Shown here piece after piece: positions 31,586-41,744 of a stretch of DNA of 64,000 nt. The DNA lies in NCBI GenBank assembly GCA_963826115.1, contig CAWGVS010000005.1, positions 1,536,001 to 1,600,000 of the forward strand, read 5' to 3'. The stretch's first letter is position 1. Every line of letters begins with the position of its first letter. The notes beneath the pieces were generated by a model. It did no database searches, was not told where the DNA came from, and saw only the letters and a program-made list of their open reading frames with translations. Position numbers and translations under genes: made by a program. Origin of the DNA: an uncultured Candidatus Rokubacteria bacterium (lineage in GTDB: Bacteria; Methylomirabilota; Methylomirabilia; Rokubacteriales; DASRDR01).

Positions 31586-33001
31586 ATGGCGGCGGGGCGG
31601 CCGCCCAGCTTCTTCGAGACGGTCAACCTCCACTTCGAGCGGGCGGCCGCCCTCACCGACTATCCGCGGGGTCTCCTCGACCAGATCAAGGCCTGCAACA
31701 GCGTCTACGCGTTCCAGTTCCCGGTGCGGACCCGCCGGGGGTACGAGGTGATCTCGGGGTGGCGCGCCCAGCACAGCCACCACCGCCTGCCGGTGAAGGG
31801 CGGCATCCGGTACGCGGCCGAGGTCAACGAGGACGAGGTGAAGGCCCTCGCGGCGCTGATGACCTACAAGTGCGCCATCGTCGACGTGCCCTTCGGCGGC
31901 GCCAAGGGCGGGATCAAGATCGACGCCAAGCAGTACGACGCCGACGAGATGGAGCGCATCACGCGGCGCTACACGGCCGAGCTGATCAAGAAGAACTTCA
32001 TCGGGCCGGGCGTCGACGTGCCGGCCCCCGACTACGGCACCGGCCCCCGCGAGATGGCCTGGATCGCCGACACGTACTCCGCGTTCAACCCGGGCCAGAT
32101 CGACGCGCTGGCCTGCGTCACCGGGAAGCCGGTGACCCAGGGCGGCGTCTGGGGCCGGGTGGAGGCCACGGGCCGCGGGATCTACTTCGGCCTGCGCGAA
32201 GCCTGCGCCGACGCGGCCGACATGAAGGCCCTCGGAGTCTCACCAGGCCTCGAGGGCAAGCGCGTCGTCGTCCAGGGGTTCGGCAACGTCGGCTACCACA
32301 GCGCGCGGTTCTGCCAGGAGGGCGGCGCGGTGATCGTGGCGGTCGCGGAGCGCGACGGCACCATCTACCGGCCGGAGGGCCTCGATGTCGAGGCGGCCCA
32401 CCGGCACGTCCACGAGAAGGGCTCGATCCTGGGGTTCCCCGGCGCGCGCGACCTCTCGACGGCCGAGGGCCTCGAGCTCGACTGCGATATCCTGATCCCG
32501 GCGGCGCTCGAGAACCAGATCACCGTCGCGAACGCCCCGCGGATCCGCGCTCGCATCCTGGCGGAGGGCGCCAACGGGCCGACGACGTTCGACGCCGAGC
32601 GCATCCTCCTCGACCGTGGCGTGATGATCATCCCCGACATCTACCTCAACGCCGGCGGGGTCACGGTGTCGTACTTCGAGTGGGTGAAGAACCTCTCGCA
32701 CGTCCGGTTCGGCCGGGTGGGCAAGCGCTTCGAGGAGTCGGCGTTCGAGCGGATGCTGCTCGCCGTCGAGAAGGCGACCGGCCGCCAGTTCACGCCGGAC
32801 GAGCACCGGCGGATCGCGCACGGCGCCGACGAGATCGACCTCGTCAACTCCGGGCTGGAGGAGACGATGACCGGGGCGTACCGGCAGCTCCGAGAGCTGA
32901 TGCGCCAGGACCCCCGGGTCAAGGACCTTCGGACCGCCGCCTTCCTGAACGCGCTCCGGAAGGTGGCGACCAGCTATCTCGAGCTCGGCATCTTCCCGTA
33001 G
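31586..33001 (+). CDS. gdhA: Glutamate dehydrogenase (Glu/Leu/Phe/Val family)
   Basis: [43 protein letters not shown]. Confidence 0.93.
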   Translation: MAAGRPPSFFETVNLHFERAAALTDYPRGLLDQIKACNSVYAFQFPVRTRRGYEVISGWRAQHSHHRLPVKGGIRYAAEVNEDEVKALAALMTYKCAIVDVPFGGAKGGIKIDAKQYDADEMERITRRYTAELIKKNFIGPGVDVPAPDYGTGPREMAWIADTYSAFNPGQIDALACVTGKPVTQGGVWGRVEATGRGIYFGLREACADAADMKALGVSPGLEGKRVVVQGFGNVGYHSARFCQEGGAVIVAVAERDGTIYRPEGLDVEAAHRHVHEKGSILGFPGARDLSTAEGLELDCDILIPAALENQITVANAPRIRARILAEGANGPTTFDAERILLDRGVMIIPDIYLNAGGVTVSYFEWVKNLSHVRFGRVGKRFEESAFERMLLAVEKATGRQFTPDEHRRIAHGADEIDLVNSGLEETMTGAYRQLRELMRQDPRVKDLRTAAFLNALRKVATSYLELGIFP

Positions 33002-33306
33002 CGCGGTCGCTCGGCCGACCGCGCGCCCCGGATGTCCAGGTAGAGGTTGTAGATCGCGATCAGCATCGGAAACAGGTTCGACAGCACCCCGACCGAGTCG
33101 TTCTTGCCGAATGTGAAGTACGCCAAGAGCAGGAGGCTGCCCGCCACGCTCATGTACCAGAACACGCGCGGCACCGTCGGGCGTCCCTCCACGCGCGACG
33201 CGTAGAGCTGGACCAGCCACCGTCCGGTGAACAGGGCGAGCCCGATGTAGCCCACCAGCTTCCAGGGAGTGAGGGTCACGCCGAAGTTCGCGATCACGTC
33301 GTGCAT
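32974..33306 (-). CDS. Lipid A biosynthesis N-terminal (LAB_N) domain membrane protein
   Basis: MHDV...[16 protein letters not shown]...[19 protein letters not shown]; three TM helices. Confidence 0.8.
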   Translation of the reverse strand: MHDVIANFGVTLTPWKLVGYIGLALFTGRWLVQLYASRVEGRPTVPRVFWYMSVAGSLLLLAYFTFGKNDSVGVLSNLFPMLIAIYNLYLDIRGARSAERPRYGKMPSSR

Positions 33307-33362
33307 TCCCGTCCTGCCCCGTCGAGAGCGCCGGCCCGCGCCCCGGCCCGGAGGGCCGCCGG

Positions 33363-34793
33363 CTACCGGTGCTCGCCGACTCGGTGGAGCTTGAGCAAAT
33401 TGACCGTGCCGCGCACCGCCAGCGGCGCGCCGCCTACGATGACCAGGATGTCGTTGTAGCGCACCGACCGGTCCGCGAGCAGGCTCGCCTCGATGTCCAT
33501 CACCATCTGGTCGATCGAGGTCTGCGACTGGATCAGTCGTGGGATCACACCCCAGTCGAGGGCCAGGCGCCGCCGCACGCGCTCGTTGGGCGTGAACGCG
33601 ACGATCGGCACCGGAGGCCGGTCCTGGGAGATGAGCCGCGCCGTGTAACCCGACTGTGTGAACGCCACGATCGCCCGGGCCTTGAGCTCCTGCGCGGCGA
33701 AGGAGGCGCTGTCCGAGATCGCCTGCGGGAACGAGACCTCGCCCCGGCGCGGGCGATCCATGGTCTGCGGCGAGAACGCCTGCTCGGTCCTCCGGATGAT
33801 GCGGTCCAGGACCTTCACCGCCTCCACGGGGTAGGCGCCGGTCGCCGACTCCGCGGACAGCATCACCGCGTCCGTGCCATCGAGCACCGCATTGGCGACG
33901 TCGGAGACCTCCGCGCGCGTCGGCCGGAGGCTCGAGACCATGGACTCCAGCATCTGGGTGGCCACGATGACGGGGGTCCGCGCGATGCGCGCCCGCCGGA
34001 TGATCTCCTTCTGGGCGATCGGCACCTCCTCGAGGGGCACCTCCACCCCGAGGTCGCCGCGCGCCACCATGACGGCGCCGGTCGCGCTCAGGATCTCGTC
34101 GAGGCGTCCGAGCGCCTCCGGCCGCTCCAGCTTGGCGACGACCTGGACGTCGGAGCGGAACTCGTTGATGACCTCCCGCACCTCCAGGAGGTCCGCCCCC
34201 GACCGCACGAACGACACCCCGACGTAGTCGACGCCGTGGCGCAGGCCGAAGTGGAGGTCCTCGCGGTCCTTCTCGGTCATGATCGGCAGCCGGACTGCGG
34301 TGCGCGGGAGGTTCACGCCCTTGTGGTCCTTGACCATCCCGCCCGTCGTGACGCGGCAGACGACGTCCTCGCCGCGGACGTCCTCGACGTCCAGCGCGAT
34401 CCGGCCGTCGTCGATGAGGACGCGGTCGCCGGTCTTCACGTCTCGGGCGAAGCCGCGGTAGGAGATGCTGGCGCGCTCGGCCGTTCCGGGGACCGTCTCC
34501 GTCGTCAGCACGAACGCATCGCCGCGCCGGAGCGTCGCCGCCCCGCCCCCGGCGAACGTGCCCAGGCGGATCTTGGGACCCTGGAGGTCCTGGAGGATCG
34601 CGATGGGCTTCCCGATCCGCGTCTCGACGGAGCGGATGCGCTCGATCGCCTGGAGGTGCTCGGCGTGGGTCCCGTGGGAGAAGTTCAGGCGGGCCACGTC
34701 CATCCCGGCCCGGGCCATCTGCTCGATGATGCCCTCGGCGAGGGACGCCGGCCCGATCGTGCAGACGATCTTGGCGAGTCGTTCCTGGGCCAC
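33363..34793 (-). CDS. pyk: Pyruvate kinase
   Basis: KIVCTIGPAS, RLNFSHG, DLQGPKIR, MVARGDLGVE, ATQMLESM, PTRAEVSD. Confidence 0.98.
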   Translation of the reverse strand: MAQERLAKIVCTIGPASLAEGIIEQMARAGMDVARLNFSHGTHAEHLQAIERIRSVETRIGKPIAILQDLQGPKIRLGTFAGGGAATLRRGDAFVLTTETVPGTAERASISYRGFARDVKTGDRVLIDDGRIALDVEDVRGEDVVCRVTTGGMVKDHKGVNLPRTAVRLPIMTEKDREDLHFGLRHGVDYVGVSFVRSGADLLEVREVINEFRSDVQVVAKLERPEALGRLDEILSATGAVMVARGDLGVEVPLEEVPIAQKEIIRRARIARTPVIVATQMLESMVSSLRPTRAEVSDVANAVLDGTDAVMLSAESATGAYPVEAVKVLDRIIRRTEQAFSPQTMDRPRRGEVSFPQAISDSASFAAQELKARAIVAFTQSGYTARLISQDRPPVPIVAFTPNERVRRRLALDWGVIPRLIQSQTSIDQMVMDIEASLLADRSVRYNDILVIVGGAPLAVRGTVNLLKLHRVGEHR

Positions 34794-34820
34794 GGTCAGG
34801 CCATCCCCGGGTGCCGCACG

Positions 34821-36056
34821 TCAGAAGGCTCCCTTGTCGAGACTGTAGAAGTTCCCGTAGATCGACTCGCAGGCCTCGCGGAGCCGCCGGCGCTCCGCGT
34901 AGCGTGGGCCGAACCGGTCCAGCGCCTGGCTGCTGGTGTCGGCCCGCGTCCGCCCCTCCATGACCATCTCGCTCAGCCACTCCCCGATGAGCAGCGAGCC
35001 CGCGATCCCGATCGCGTTGCAGCCGGCGGCGACCCACAGGCCGCGGATCGTCGGGACGGCGCCCAGGAGGTAGTTGCCGTCGGGCGTGAAGGTCGGCAGC
35101 CCCGCGCATCCCTTCAGCACCGGCGCGCCGTCGAGCGCGGGGAACGCCCGGGTGAGCCCGCTCGCGAGCTCCTCCAGGACTCCGAGGTCCTTCTCGGTGT
35201 GCTCGATCTCGAACGTGGCGGGCAGATCCGTCATCGAGAACGCCTTGGGCCGCGCCTCGAAGCCCCCGAGCATCAGGCCGCCGACCTCGGGCCGGATGTA
35301 GACGGAAGCGTCGGGCACCCGGACCACCGGGAGGTTCTGGGGCACCTCCGCCATCGGCGCCGTCGTCCAGTGCTGATGACGGAGCGGCACGGTGTCCACG
35401 GCGAGGCCGACCGCGCCCGCCACCCGCTCGACCCAGGGCCCCGCCGCCACCACGACCCGCGAGGTGTCCAGCGGGCCCGCCGGCGTGTCGACGCCGCGCA
35501 CCGCGCCTCGCTCGAGGCGGATCGCGGTGACCGGCCGGTCGGTCTCGAAGGTCACCCCGAGGCGCCGAGCCGCGCGCGCGATCGTCATGGCCAGCGTGTA
35601 CGGCTCGACGTAGCCGTCCCCGGGGATCCACGCCGCCGCCTTGACGCCCCCGGTGTCGAGAAACGGGACGCGGGCGGTTGCCCCCTGGGGCGTGAGGAGC
35701 TCCACCTCGAGGCCCCACCGCCGCGCGTTGGTGACGTGCTCCTCGAGCTCCCGCACCCGCCCGTCGGTCAGCGCGAGCTTGAGGCTCCCGACCTGGCGGA
35801 ACCCGCTCTCCTCGCCGTGCTCGGCGCTCCAGTGCTCCAGCCGGTCGACGACGTGGCGGATGGAGCGGACCATGAGCTCGCTGGATCGCAGCTGCCCGAC
35901 CAGGCCGGCGGCCTGCGGCGTGTTTCCGGAGGCCAGCTCGCGCCGCTCGAGCACGACCACGTCGCGAAGCCCGGCCCGGGCCAAATGGTAGGCGATCGAG
36001 CACCCCCAGATGCCGCCGCCGACCACGACGGCGGCCGCCTCACGCGCGGGACTCAC
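34821..36056 (-). CDS. FAD-dependent amine oxidoreductase (DMGDH/sarcosine DH flavin domain only)
   Basis: GGGIWG Rossmann motif, GSLKLA, GDGYVEP, FTPDG; ends where the folate domain of the full-length family begins. Confidence 0.85.
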   Translation of the reverse strand: MSPAREAAAVVVGGGIWGCSIAYHLARAGLRDVVVLERRELASGNTPQAAGLVGQLRSSELMVRSIRHVVDRLEHWSAEHGEESGFRQVGSLKLALTDGRVRELEEHVTNARRWGLEVELLTPQGATARVPFLDTGGVKAAAWIPGDGYVEPYTLAMTIARAARRLGVTFETDRPVTAIRLERGAVRGVDTPAGPLDTSRVVVAAGPWVERVAGAVGLAVDTVPLRHQHWTTAPMAEVPQNLPVVRVPDASVYIRPEVGGLMLGGFEARPKAFSMTDLPATFEIEHTEKDLGVLEELASGLTRAFPALDGAPVLKGCAGLPTFTPDGNYLLGAVPTIRGLWVAAGCNAIGIAGSLLIGEWLSEMVMEGRTRADTSSQALDRFGPRYAERRRLREACESIYGNFYSLDKGAF

Positions 36057-36104
36057 CGGACCTCGAAGGGGCGCCGGCCCGGCTCGGCGGGCAAGCGGCG
36101 GGAG

Positions 36105-37118
36105 CTACGACGCGGCGGCCGAGGCCGCCTGCTTCTGCCGAGCGATCTCGAGGAGCTCGTGGGGCAACCCGAAGCGGACATCCTCCTCCACCACGCGGAA
36201 CTCCCGCACCGCCGGCGCGCCGCGCGTCCCGAGGTAGTCGACCACCTCGCGCACGAGGAACTCGGGCGTGGACGCGCCGGCCGTCACGCCGATACGCCCG
36301 CAGCCGTCGAGCCACTCCGGCCGGATGTCCCGGACGTCGTTGATCAGCCGCGCGGGCGTTCCCAGCGCCTCCGCCACCTCGCGCAGGCGGTTCGCGTTCG
36401 AGCTGTTCGCCGCGCCGAGCACCAGCACGAGGTCGACGTCGCTGGCGAGCTGCTTGACGGCCGCCTGGCGATTCTGGGTCGCGTAGCAGATGTCGTCGCG
36501 CGCCGGCCCCTGGATGGCGGGGAACCGCCGCCGCAACACCTCGATGACCGCCTTCGTGTCGTCCACCGAGAGCGTCGTCTGCGTGAGGTAAGACACCTTC
36601 TCGGCGTCCTCGACGACCAGCTGCTCGGCTTCCTCGACGGAGTCGATGACCACGATGCGGCGCGGCGCTTCGCCCAGGGTCCCGATCACCTCGTCGTGGT
36701 CCGCGTGGCCGACCAGAACGATGGTGCGGCCCTCCTTCGCGTACCGGATCGCCTCGAGGTGGACCTTCGTGACCAGGGGGCACGTCGCGTCGATGACCCG
36801 GAGGCGCCGGGTAATGGCCGCCGTCCGCACCGCGGGCGACACCCCGTGGGCGCTGAAGATCACGGTGGCGCCCTCCGGCACCTCGTCGAGCTCGTCCACG
36901 AACACGGCGCCCTTCTCCCGCAGCGCCTCCACCACGTGGCGGTTGTGGACGATCTCGCGGCGGACGTAGATCGGCACGCCGACGACCTCGAGCGCCCGCT
37001 CCACGATCTCGATGGCCCGCTCGACCCCCGCGCAGAAGCCTCGCGGGCCCGCCAGGACGATCTCGGCGAGCGGCGCGGCCCCTGGATCGGAGGATGAGTC
37101 GTGACCGTTGGCGCGCAT
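36105..37118 (-). CDS. ispH: 4-hydroxy-3-methylbut-2-enyl diphosphate reductase
   Basis: RGFCAGV, VHN, SAHG, DATCPLV, DICYATQNRQ, SSN, TAGASTP. Confidence 0.98.
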   Translation of the reverse strand: MRANGHDSSSDPGAAPLAEIVLAGPRGFCAGVERAIEIVERALEVVGVPIYVRREIVHNRHVVEALREKGAVFVDELDEVPEGATVIFSAHGVSPAVRTAAITRRLRVIDATCPLVTKVHLEAIRYAKEGRTIVLVGHADHDEVIGTLGEAPRRIVVIDSVEEAEQLVVEDAEKVSYLTQTTLSVDDTKAVIEVLRRRFPAIQGPARDDICYATQNRQAAVKQLASDVDLVLVLGAANSSNANRLREVAEALGTPARLINDVRDIRPEWLDGCGRIGVTAGASTPEFLVREVVDYLGTRGAPAVREFRVVEEDVRFGLPHELLEIARQKQAASAAAS

Positions 37119-37126
37119 CGCCCCTC

Positions 37127-37132
37127 AGTATA
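37127..37132 (-). promoter_or_regulatory. -10 element (TATACT) 8 nt before the ispH ATG
   Basis: Minus strand TATACT-GAGGGGCG-ATG. Confidence 0.5.
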
Positions 37133-37179
37133 GGGGGCCGGGGGCGGCCGGCGCAAGCAACGCCGCCCGCACGCGGGCC

Positions 37180-37785
37180 TCAGCGGAACCGGCGGCTCAC
37201 GCCCAGGTAGAGGGCGCTCGAGTTGATGCCCGTGTTGATGTTGCACAGCGATGCGTTGGAGATGTGCTGGAACCGGTACCCGACGGCCAGCGTCGTCGTG
37301 TCCGACAGGGCCACGAGGACCCCGGGACCGGCCTGGAGGAGAAAGTTCACCGAGCAGTCGGTCTGCGGGAGGCTCGTCTCCCCCGCCAGGATCCCCGCGC
37401 CGACCTCGACGTACGGCCGGACGCGCGACTCCGTCCCGGCGACGATCCACCGCGCGAGCGCCGAGGCCCCGACCACCGTCCCCGACCCCGAATCGCCGTC
37501 GAGGTGCAAGAGCGTCGGCTCGAGCAGGACCGCCAGGTTGCCGCGAAGCCACCCGGGGCCGGCCGGGTCCGTCACGATCCACTCGATGTGCGGCAGGAGC
37601 TGGAGGCTGGCGATGGTGTCGAGCCCGTCCTTCGCCGCGTGGCTGACCGAGACCGCGCCACCCACGCCCACCAGCGTCGCGCCCGCCGAGATCGGGTCGC
37701 CGGCCCACGCCGGGCCCGGCCCCGCGACCGCCGCGGCCAGGAGGCAGCCGACCCACGCCGGGTGCCGTCGGCTCCGGCGCGTCAC
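37180..37785 (-). CDS. PagL-like lipid A 3-O-deacylase/acyloxyacyl hydrolase outer-membrane barrel
   Basis: Signal peptide; RPYVEVGAG; GYRFQHISNA (His-x-Ser); NTGINS. Confidence 0.8.
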   Translation of the reverse strand: MTRRSRRHPAWVGCLLAAAVAGPGPAWAGDPISAGATLVGVGGAVSVSHAAKDGLDTIASLQLLPHIEWIVTDPAGPGWLRGNLAVLLEPTLLHLDGDSGSGTVVGASALARWIVAGTESRVRPYVEVGAGILAGETSLPQTDCSVNFLLQAGPGVLVALSDTTTLAVGYRFQHISNASLCNINTGINSSALYLGVSRRFR

Positions 37786-37804
37786 CCGGCGGCGATCGAG
37801 GGCG

Positions 37805-38827
37805 TCACGGACGGATCAGGACCTTCAGCGCTTCGCCCCGGCTCATGAGCTCGAGGGCTCGCGGCACGTCGCCGAGCCCCATCTCGTGCGTGACCAGCGG
37901 CGTCGGATCGAGCGTGCCGTCCGCGAGCAGCGCGACCGCGCGGCGAATCAGCTCCGGCGTGTGGTGGAACACCCCGAGGAGGCGGAGCTCCTCGTAGTGG
38001 ACGCGCCGCGTGTCGAGCCGGGCGGTCGTGCCGGGCGCGCACCCGCCGAAGAAGACGACGGTCCCGCCCTTTCCCGCCACGGCCATCGCCTGCTCCCACG
38101 CCTCCGGCCGCCCGGTCGCCTCGATGACGCAGCGCACGTCGCCACCGGCCGCGTCCCGCACCGCGGCCACGGGGTCGGGCGCGCTCGCCACGTCGACGCA
38201 TGCGGCGAACCCGAGCCCGCGGGCGCGCTCGAGGCGGGGCCCCGCCTTGCCGGCAAGGACCACCCGCGCACCCCTGCCACGCGCCAGGAGGCCCAGGAGC
38301 AGCCCGAGCGGCCCGTGCCCCAGGATCGCCACCGTCTCCCCCGCCTCCACCGCGGCCGCGTCGATCGCCCGGAGACAGCACGCGGCGGGCTCGGCGAACG
38401 CGACGCGCGCCGCCTCGACCGACGGCGGCACGCGCACCAGGTTCTCGGCCACCAGGCGCGGCGGGAGCGCGATGTACTCGGCGTAGGCGCCGTTGACGAA
38501 GAGGAGGTCGTCGCAGAGGTTCGGCCGGCCGCGGCGGCAGGCCGGGCACCGGCCGCATGGCGCCGAGTTTGCCGCCACCGCGCGGTCCCCCGGCCGGACG
38601 CCGCCCACGCCCTCCCCGACCGCGGCGACCGTGCCCGCGAACTCGTGGCCGAAGACGGTCGGCACCCGCGGGATCATCACCGGGTGGCCGCGGCGCAGCG
38701 TCTTGACGTCCGTGCCGCAGGTCAGCGCGGCCTCGATCCGCAGCACCACCTCGCCGGGGCCCGGCTCCGGGACGGGCGCGTCCTCGAACCGGAGGTCGCC
38801 GGGTCCGTAGAAGACCTGCGCCCTCAT
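37805..38827 (-). CDS. Zinc-dependent medium-chain (polyol-type) dehydrogenase
   Basis: TCGTD, GHEFAG, structural Zn CGRCPAC...C, GHGPLG. Confidence 0.9.
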   Translation of the reverse strand: MRAQVFYGPGDLRFEDAPVPEPGPGEVVLRIEAALTCGTDVKTLRRGHPVMIPRVPTVFGHEFAGTVAAVGEGVGGVRPGDRAVAANSAPCGRCPACRRGRPNLCDDLLFVNGAYAEYIALPPRLVAENLVRVPPSVEAARVAFAEPAACCLRAIDAAAVEAGETVAILGHGPLGLLLGLLARGRGARVVLAGKAGPRLERARGLGFAACVDVASAPDPVAAVRDAAGGDVRCVIEATGRPEAWEQAMAVAGKGGTVVFFGGCAPGTTARLDTRRVHYEELRLLGVFHHTPELIRRAVALLADGTLDPTPLVTHEMGLGDVPRALELMSRGEALKVLIRP

Positions 38828-39831
38828 GCCCCGACCTCGACGAAGACCTTCAAGGCCTCCCGGCGCTCCATGAGCCCGACCGCCTCGGCGAGGCGCTCCA
38901 GCGGCACGCGGTGGGAGCACAGCTCGTCCACGCGGACCGCGCCGCTACGAAGGAGCTCGAAGGCCGCGGCCAGGTCCTCGGGGGACGACGAGTAGGTCGC
39001 GGTCAGCGTCAGCTCGCGCTTGTAGATCTCGCCCAGCGGCAGCGCCGCCTCGCCCTCGCCGACGAAGAGGTGGACCTCGCCGCCGTCCCGCACCCAGCCG
39101 AGCGCGGCCCGCGCGAGCGCGGGCGCCGGCGCCGCGAGCACGACCAGGTCGGCGCCGCGGTCCTCGCTGGGCCCGGCAAGCGCCGCGGCGGCCGCCTCGG
39201 GCGGGACCGTCGCTTCGGCGCCGAGCGACTCGGCCAGCGCACGCCGGGCCGGTAGCGGGTCAACGCCCACGACGCGCGCGCCCTCGAGGCGCGCGAGCTG
39301 GATCAGGAGACAACCCATCGCGCCGAGCCCGGCGACGGCGACGGTGTCCCCCGCCCCGACGGACGCGCGCCGGAGTGCGCGGACGCAACAGCCGAGGGGC
39401 TCGGTGAACGAGGCCACCGTGTCGGACATCCCGTAGGGAACGCGGAACGTCGCGTGGCGGACGTTCTCGGCGGGGACGCGCACGTACTCGGCGAAGCCGC
39501 CGGGGTCGAGGTTCGACGCCTTGAACGCGCGGCACATCGAGACACTGCCGCGCCGGCAGTAGTGACAGGCGCCGCACGGAACGTGGTGGGCCACCACCAG
39601 CCGCTCGCCGGGCCGGAAGGCGACGACGCCGTCACCGACCTCGACCGCGATGCCCACGACCTCGTGCCCGAGGACCGCGGGGTGCGGCGCCGGCGCGCGG
39701 AGCTTCGCGAGGTCGGAGCCGCACAGCCCGCAACCGAGCACCCGGAGCAGGATCTCCCCGGGACCGATCCGGGGCGCCGGGCGGGTCTCGAGCCGGATCT
39801 CCCCCGCCCCGGCGTGGACCGCCGCCCTCAT
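38824..39831 (-). CDS. Zinc-dependent medium-chain (polyol-type) dehydrogenase
   Basis: LCGSD, GHEVVG, CGACHYC...C, GLGAMG; ATGA-coupled to hpnD and to the next dehydrogenase. Confidence 0.9.
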   Translation of the reverse strand: MRAAVHAGAGEIRLETRPAPRIGPGEILLRVLGCGLCGSDLAKLRAPAPHPAVLGHEVVGIAVEVGDGVVAFRPGERLVVAHHVPCGACHYCRRGSVSMCRAFKASNLDPGGFAEYVRVPAENVRHATFRVPYGMSDTVASFTEPLGCCVRALRRASVGAGDTVAVAGLGAMGCLLIQLARLEGARVVGVDPLPARRALAESLGAEATVPPEAAAAALAGPSEDRGADLVVLAAPAPALARAALGWVRDGGEVHLFVGEGEAALPLGEIYKRELTLTATYSSSPEDLAAAFELLRSGAVRVDELCSHRVPLERLAEAVGLMERREALKVFVEVGA

Positions 39832-40676
39832 GTGGCGATCTGGCCGTGCAGGTAGGCGCCGAGGGCGAGCGCGATCTTCTTGGGCGTGGAGACGCGGATG
39901 CGGCCGTCGAAGACCCGAAACTCGCGCGCCTCGATCTCCCGGAGGAGCGACCGGTAAATGCTCCCCATGATCTCCGCGGCGATCAGCCGGCGCCGGTCGG
40001 CCGGCGGGCGCGCCGCCTTGGCGGCGCGATAGTACGCGTGCGCGCGGTCGGCCTGGAAACGCATGAGCCCGAGGAAGGCCGGCGTGTGGCGGCCGCGGTT
40101 CAGCTCCTCCTCCGAGTAGCCGAAGCGCCGGATCTCGTCGAGCGGCAGGTAGATGCGGCCCCGCTCGGCGTCGGTCCGGAGGTCCCGGAGGATGTTCGTG
40201 AGCTGGAGGGCCACGCCCAGGTTCACCGCGTAGTCGCGGGCGCGGGGGTCCGTGTAGCCGAAGATCTCGATGCAACAGAGGCCAACGGCGCCCGCCACCC
40301 GGTAGCAGTACTCGTGAAGCTCCTCGAACGAGGCGTAGCGCCGTTTGTCGATGTCCATTTCCACGCCGTCGAGGATCGCCTCCAGGTGCTGGCGCTGGAC
40401 CGGAAAGGCGCGGACCACCTCGGCCAGGTGCTGGGCGATCGGCTGGGTCGGGCGGCCGTCGTAGGCCCGGCCCAGCTCGAGCCGCCACTCCCCCAGGACC
40501 CGGCGCTGCTCGCTCGGCGTCGCGGCGCCCTGGTCGACCGCGTCGTCCACCGTCCGGCAGAAGGCGTAGAGCGCGTAAATGGCGTGACGCTTCCGTCTCG
40601 GCAGGAACAGGAACGAGTAGTAGAAGTTGGACCCGCTCTTGCGGGTAAGGATGGCGGAGAGGTCAGCCGCGTTCAT
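39828..40676 (-). CDS. hpnD: Presqualene diphosphate synthase HpnD
   Basis: SGSNFYYSF, YAFCRTVDDAVD, YCYRVAGAVG, QLTNILRDL, GRIYLP. Confidence 0.88.
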   Translation of the reverse strand: MNAADLSAILTRKSGSNFYYSFLFLPRRKRHAIYALYAFCRTVDDAVDQGAATPSEQRRVLGEWRLELGRAYDGRPTQPIAQHLAEVVRAFPVQRQHLEAILDGVEMDIDKRRYASFEELHEYCYRVAGAVGLCCIEIFGYTDPRARDYAVNLGVALQLTNILRDLRTDAERGRIYLPLDEIRRFGYSEEELNRGRHTPAFLGLMRFQADRAHAYYRAAKAARPPADRRRLIAAEIMGSIYRSLLREIEAREFRVFDGRIRVSTPKKIALALGAYLHGQIAT

Positions 40677-40721
40677 GGCGTGATGCGACGCCGGCTGCGC
40701 GGGCCGCCCCGGCGTCCCCGA

Positions 40722-41730
40722 TTATACACGGCGGCGCCGGGGCGCGTACCCGTTCGCCCAGAACCAGTCGACGGCGTCGCGGAGTGCCTCATCGACCGGC
40801 GTCTGCGGCAGGCCGAGCTCCCGGACGGCCTTGGACGGGTCGAAGAACATCCGCTTCGCGGCCATGCGGACGGCGGTCCGCGCGACGACCGGCTCGCGGC
40901 CGGTGAGGCGCGCGACGAGCTCCGCCCCCGTCGCGATCGCGAGCGCGGCCCCGTGAGGGAGGCGTACGCGGGGGGCGCGCACGCCCGTGTAGGGCTCGAG
41001 CCGCTCGAAGATGGCCCGGAGCCCGAGGTTGCCCTCGGCGTGTCCCAGGATGTACCGCTCCCCCACCCGACCCCGCGCCGCGGCAAGGAGGTGTCCGCGG
41101 GCGACGTCACGGACGTGCACGATGTTGAGGCCCGTGTCGAGGTACGCGAGCATCCGACCCTTCAGGTAGTCGACCAGCATGCGCCCGGTCGGGGTGGGCT
41201 TCCAGTCCCACGGGCCGACAGGCGCCGAGGGGTTCACGATGACGACCGGCACGCCTCGGGCGGCCGCCGCCTCCGCCTCGCGCTCGCCGAGGAACTTCGA
41301 GCGCTTGTAGTCGCCGACCATGTCCTCGAGCTGGACCGGCGTGGCCTCCGTCCCCGGGCGGCCGTCCGGGGGCAGGCCCAGCGTCCCGACGCTCGAGGTG
41401 TACACGATGCGCGCGACGCCGGCGGCGGCGGCCGCCAGGAGCAAGGCGCGCGTGCCGCCCACGTTGACCCGGTAGAGCACGGCGGGATCGGGCGCCCAGA
41501 GACGGTAGTCCGCCGCGACATGGTAGAGAACCTCGACGCCCGCCAGCGGAGCCGTGAGCGAGCGCGGCTCCAAGAGGTCTCCGGTCACGACCTCGACGGG
41601 CAGGCCGGCCAGGGCCCGCCGGTCGCTGCCCGACCCGGGCCAGCACGCGCACCGAGACGCCCTCGTCGACCAGCGCGCGCACCACGTGGCTCCCGACGAA
41701 GCCCGTGCCGCCCGTGACGAGCGCCCGCAT
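40722..41730 (-). CDS. hpnA: Hopanoid-associated sugar epimerase HpnA, frameshifted as assembled (one extra base near 41634-41636)
   Basis: N-terminus MRALVTGGTGFVG in one frame; HVAADYRLW, YKRSK, KPTPTG in another; removing one G gives ...VLARSGSDRRALAGLPVEVVTGDL. Confidence 0.85.
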
Positions 41731-41744
41731 CGGCGTGGCGGGCG

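Noticed and set aside
33369-37097. 1242-aa plus-strand ORF
   Set aside because: Shadow of pyk, the FAD oxidoreductase and ispH; low-complexity R/G/P/D/H composition, no motifs
39828-40676. Absence of hpnC and hpnE as a sign of a novel squalene route
   Set aside because: They are often encoded elsewhere; this cannot be judged from one window
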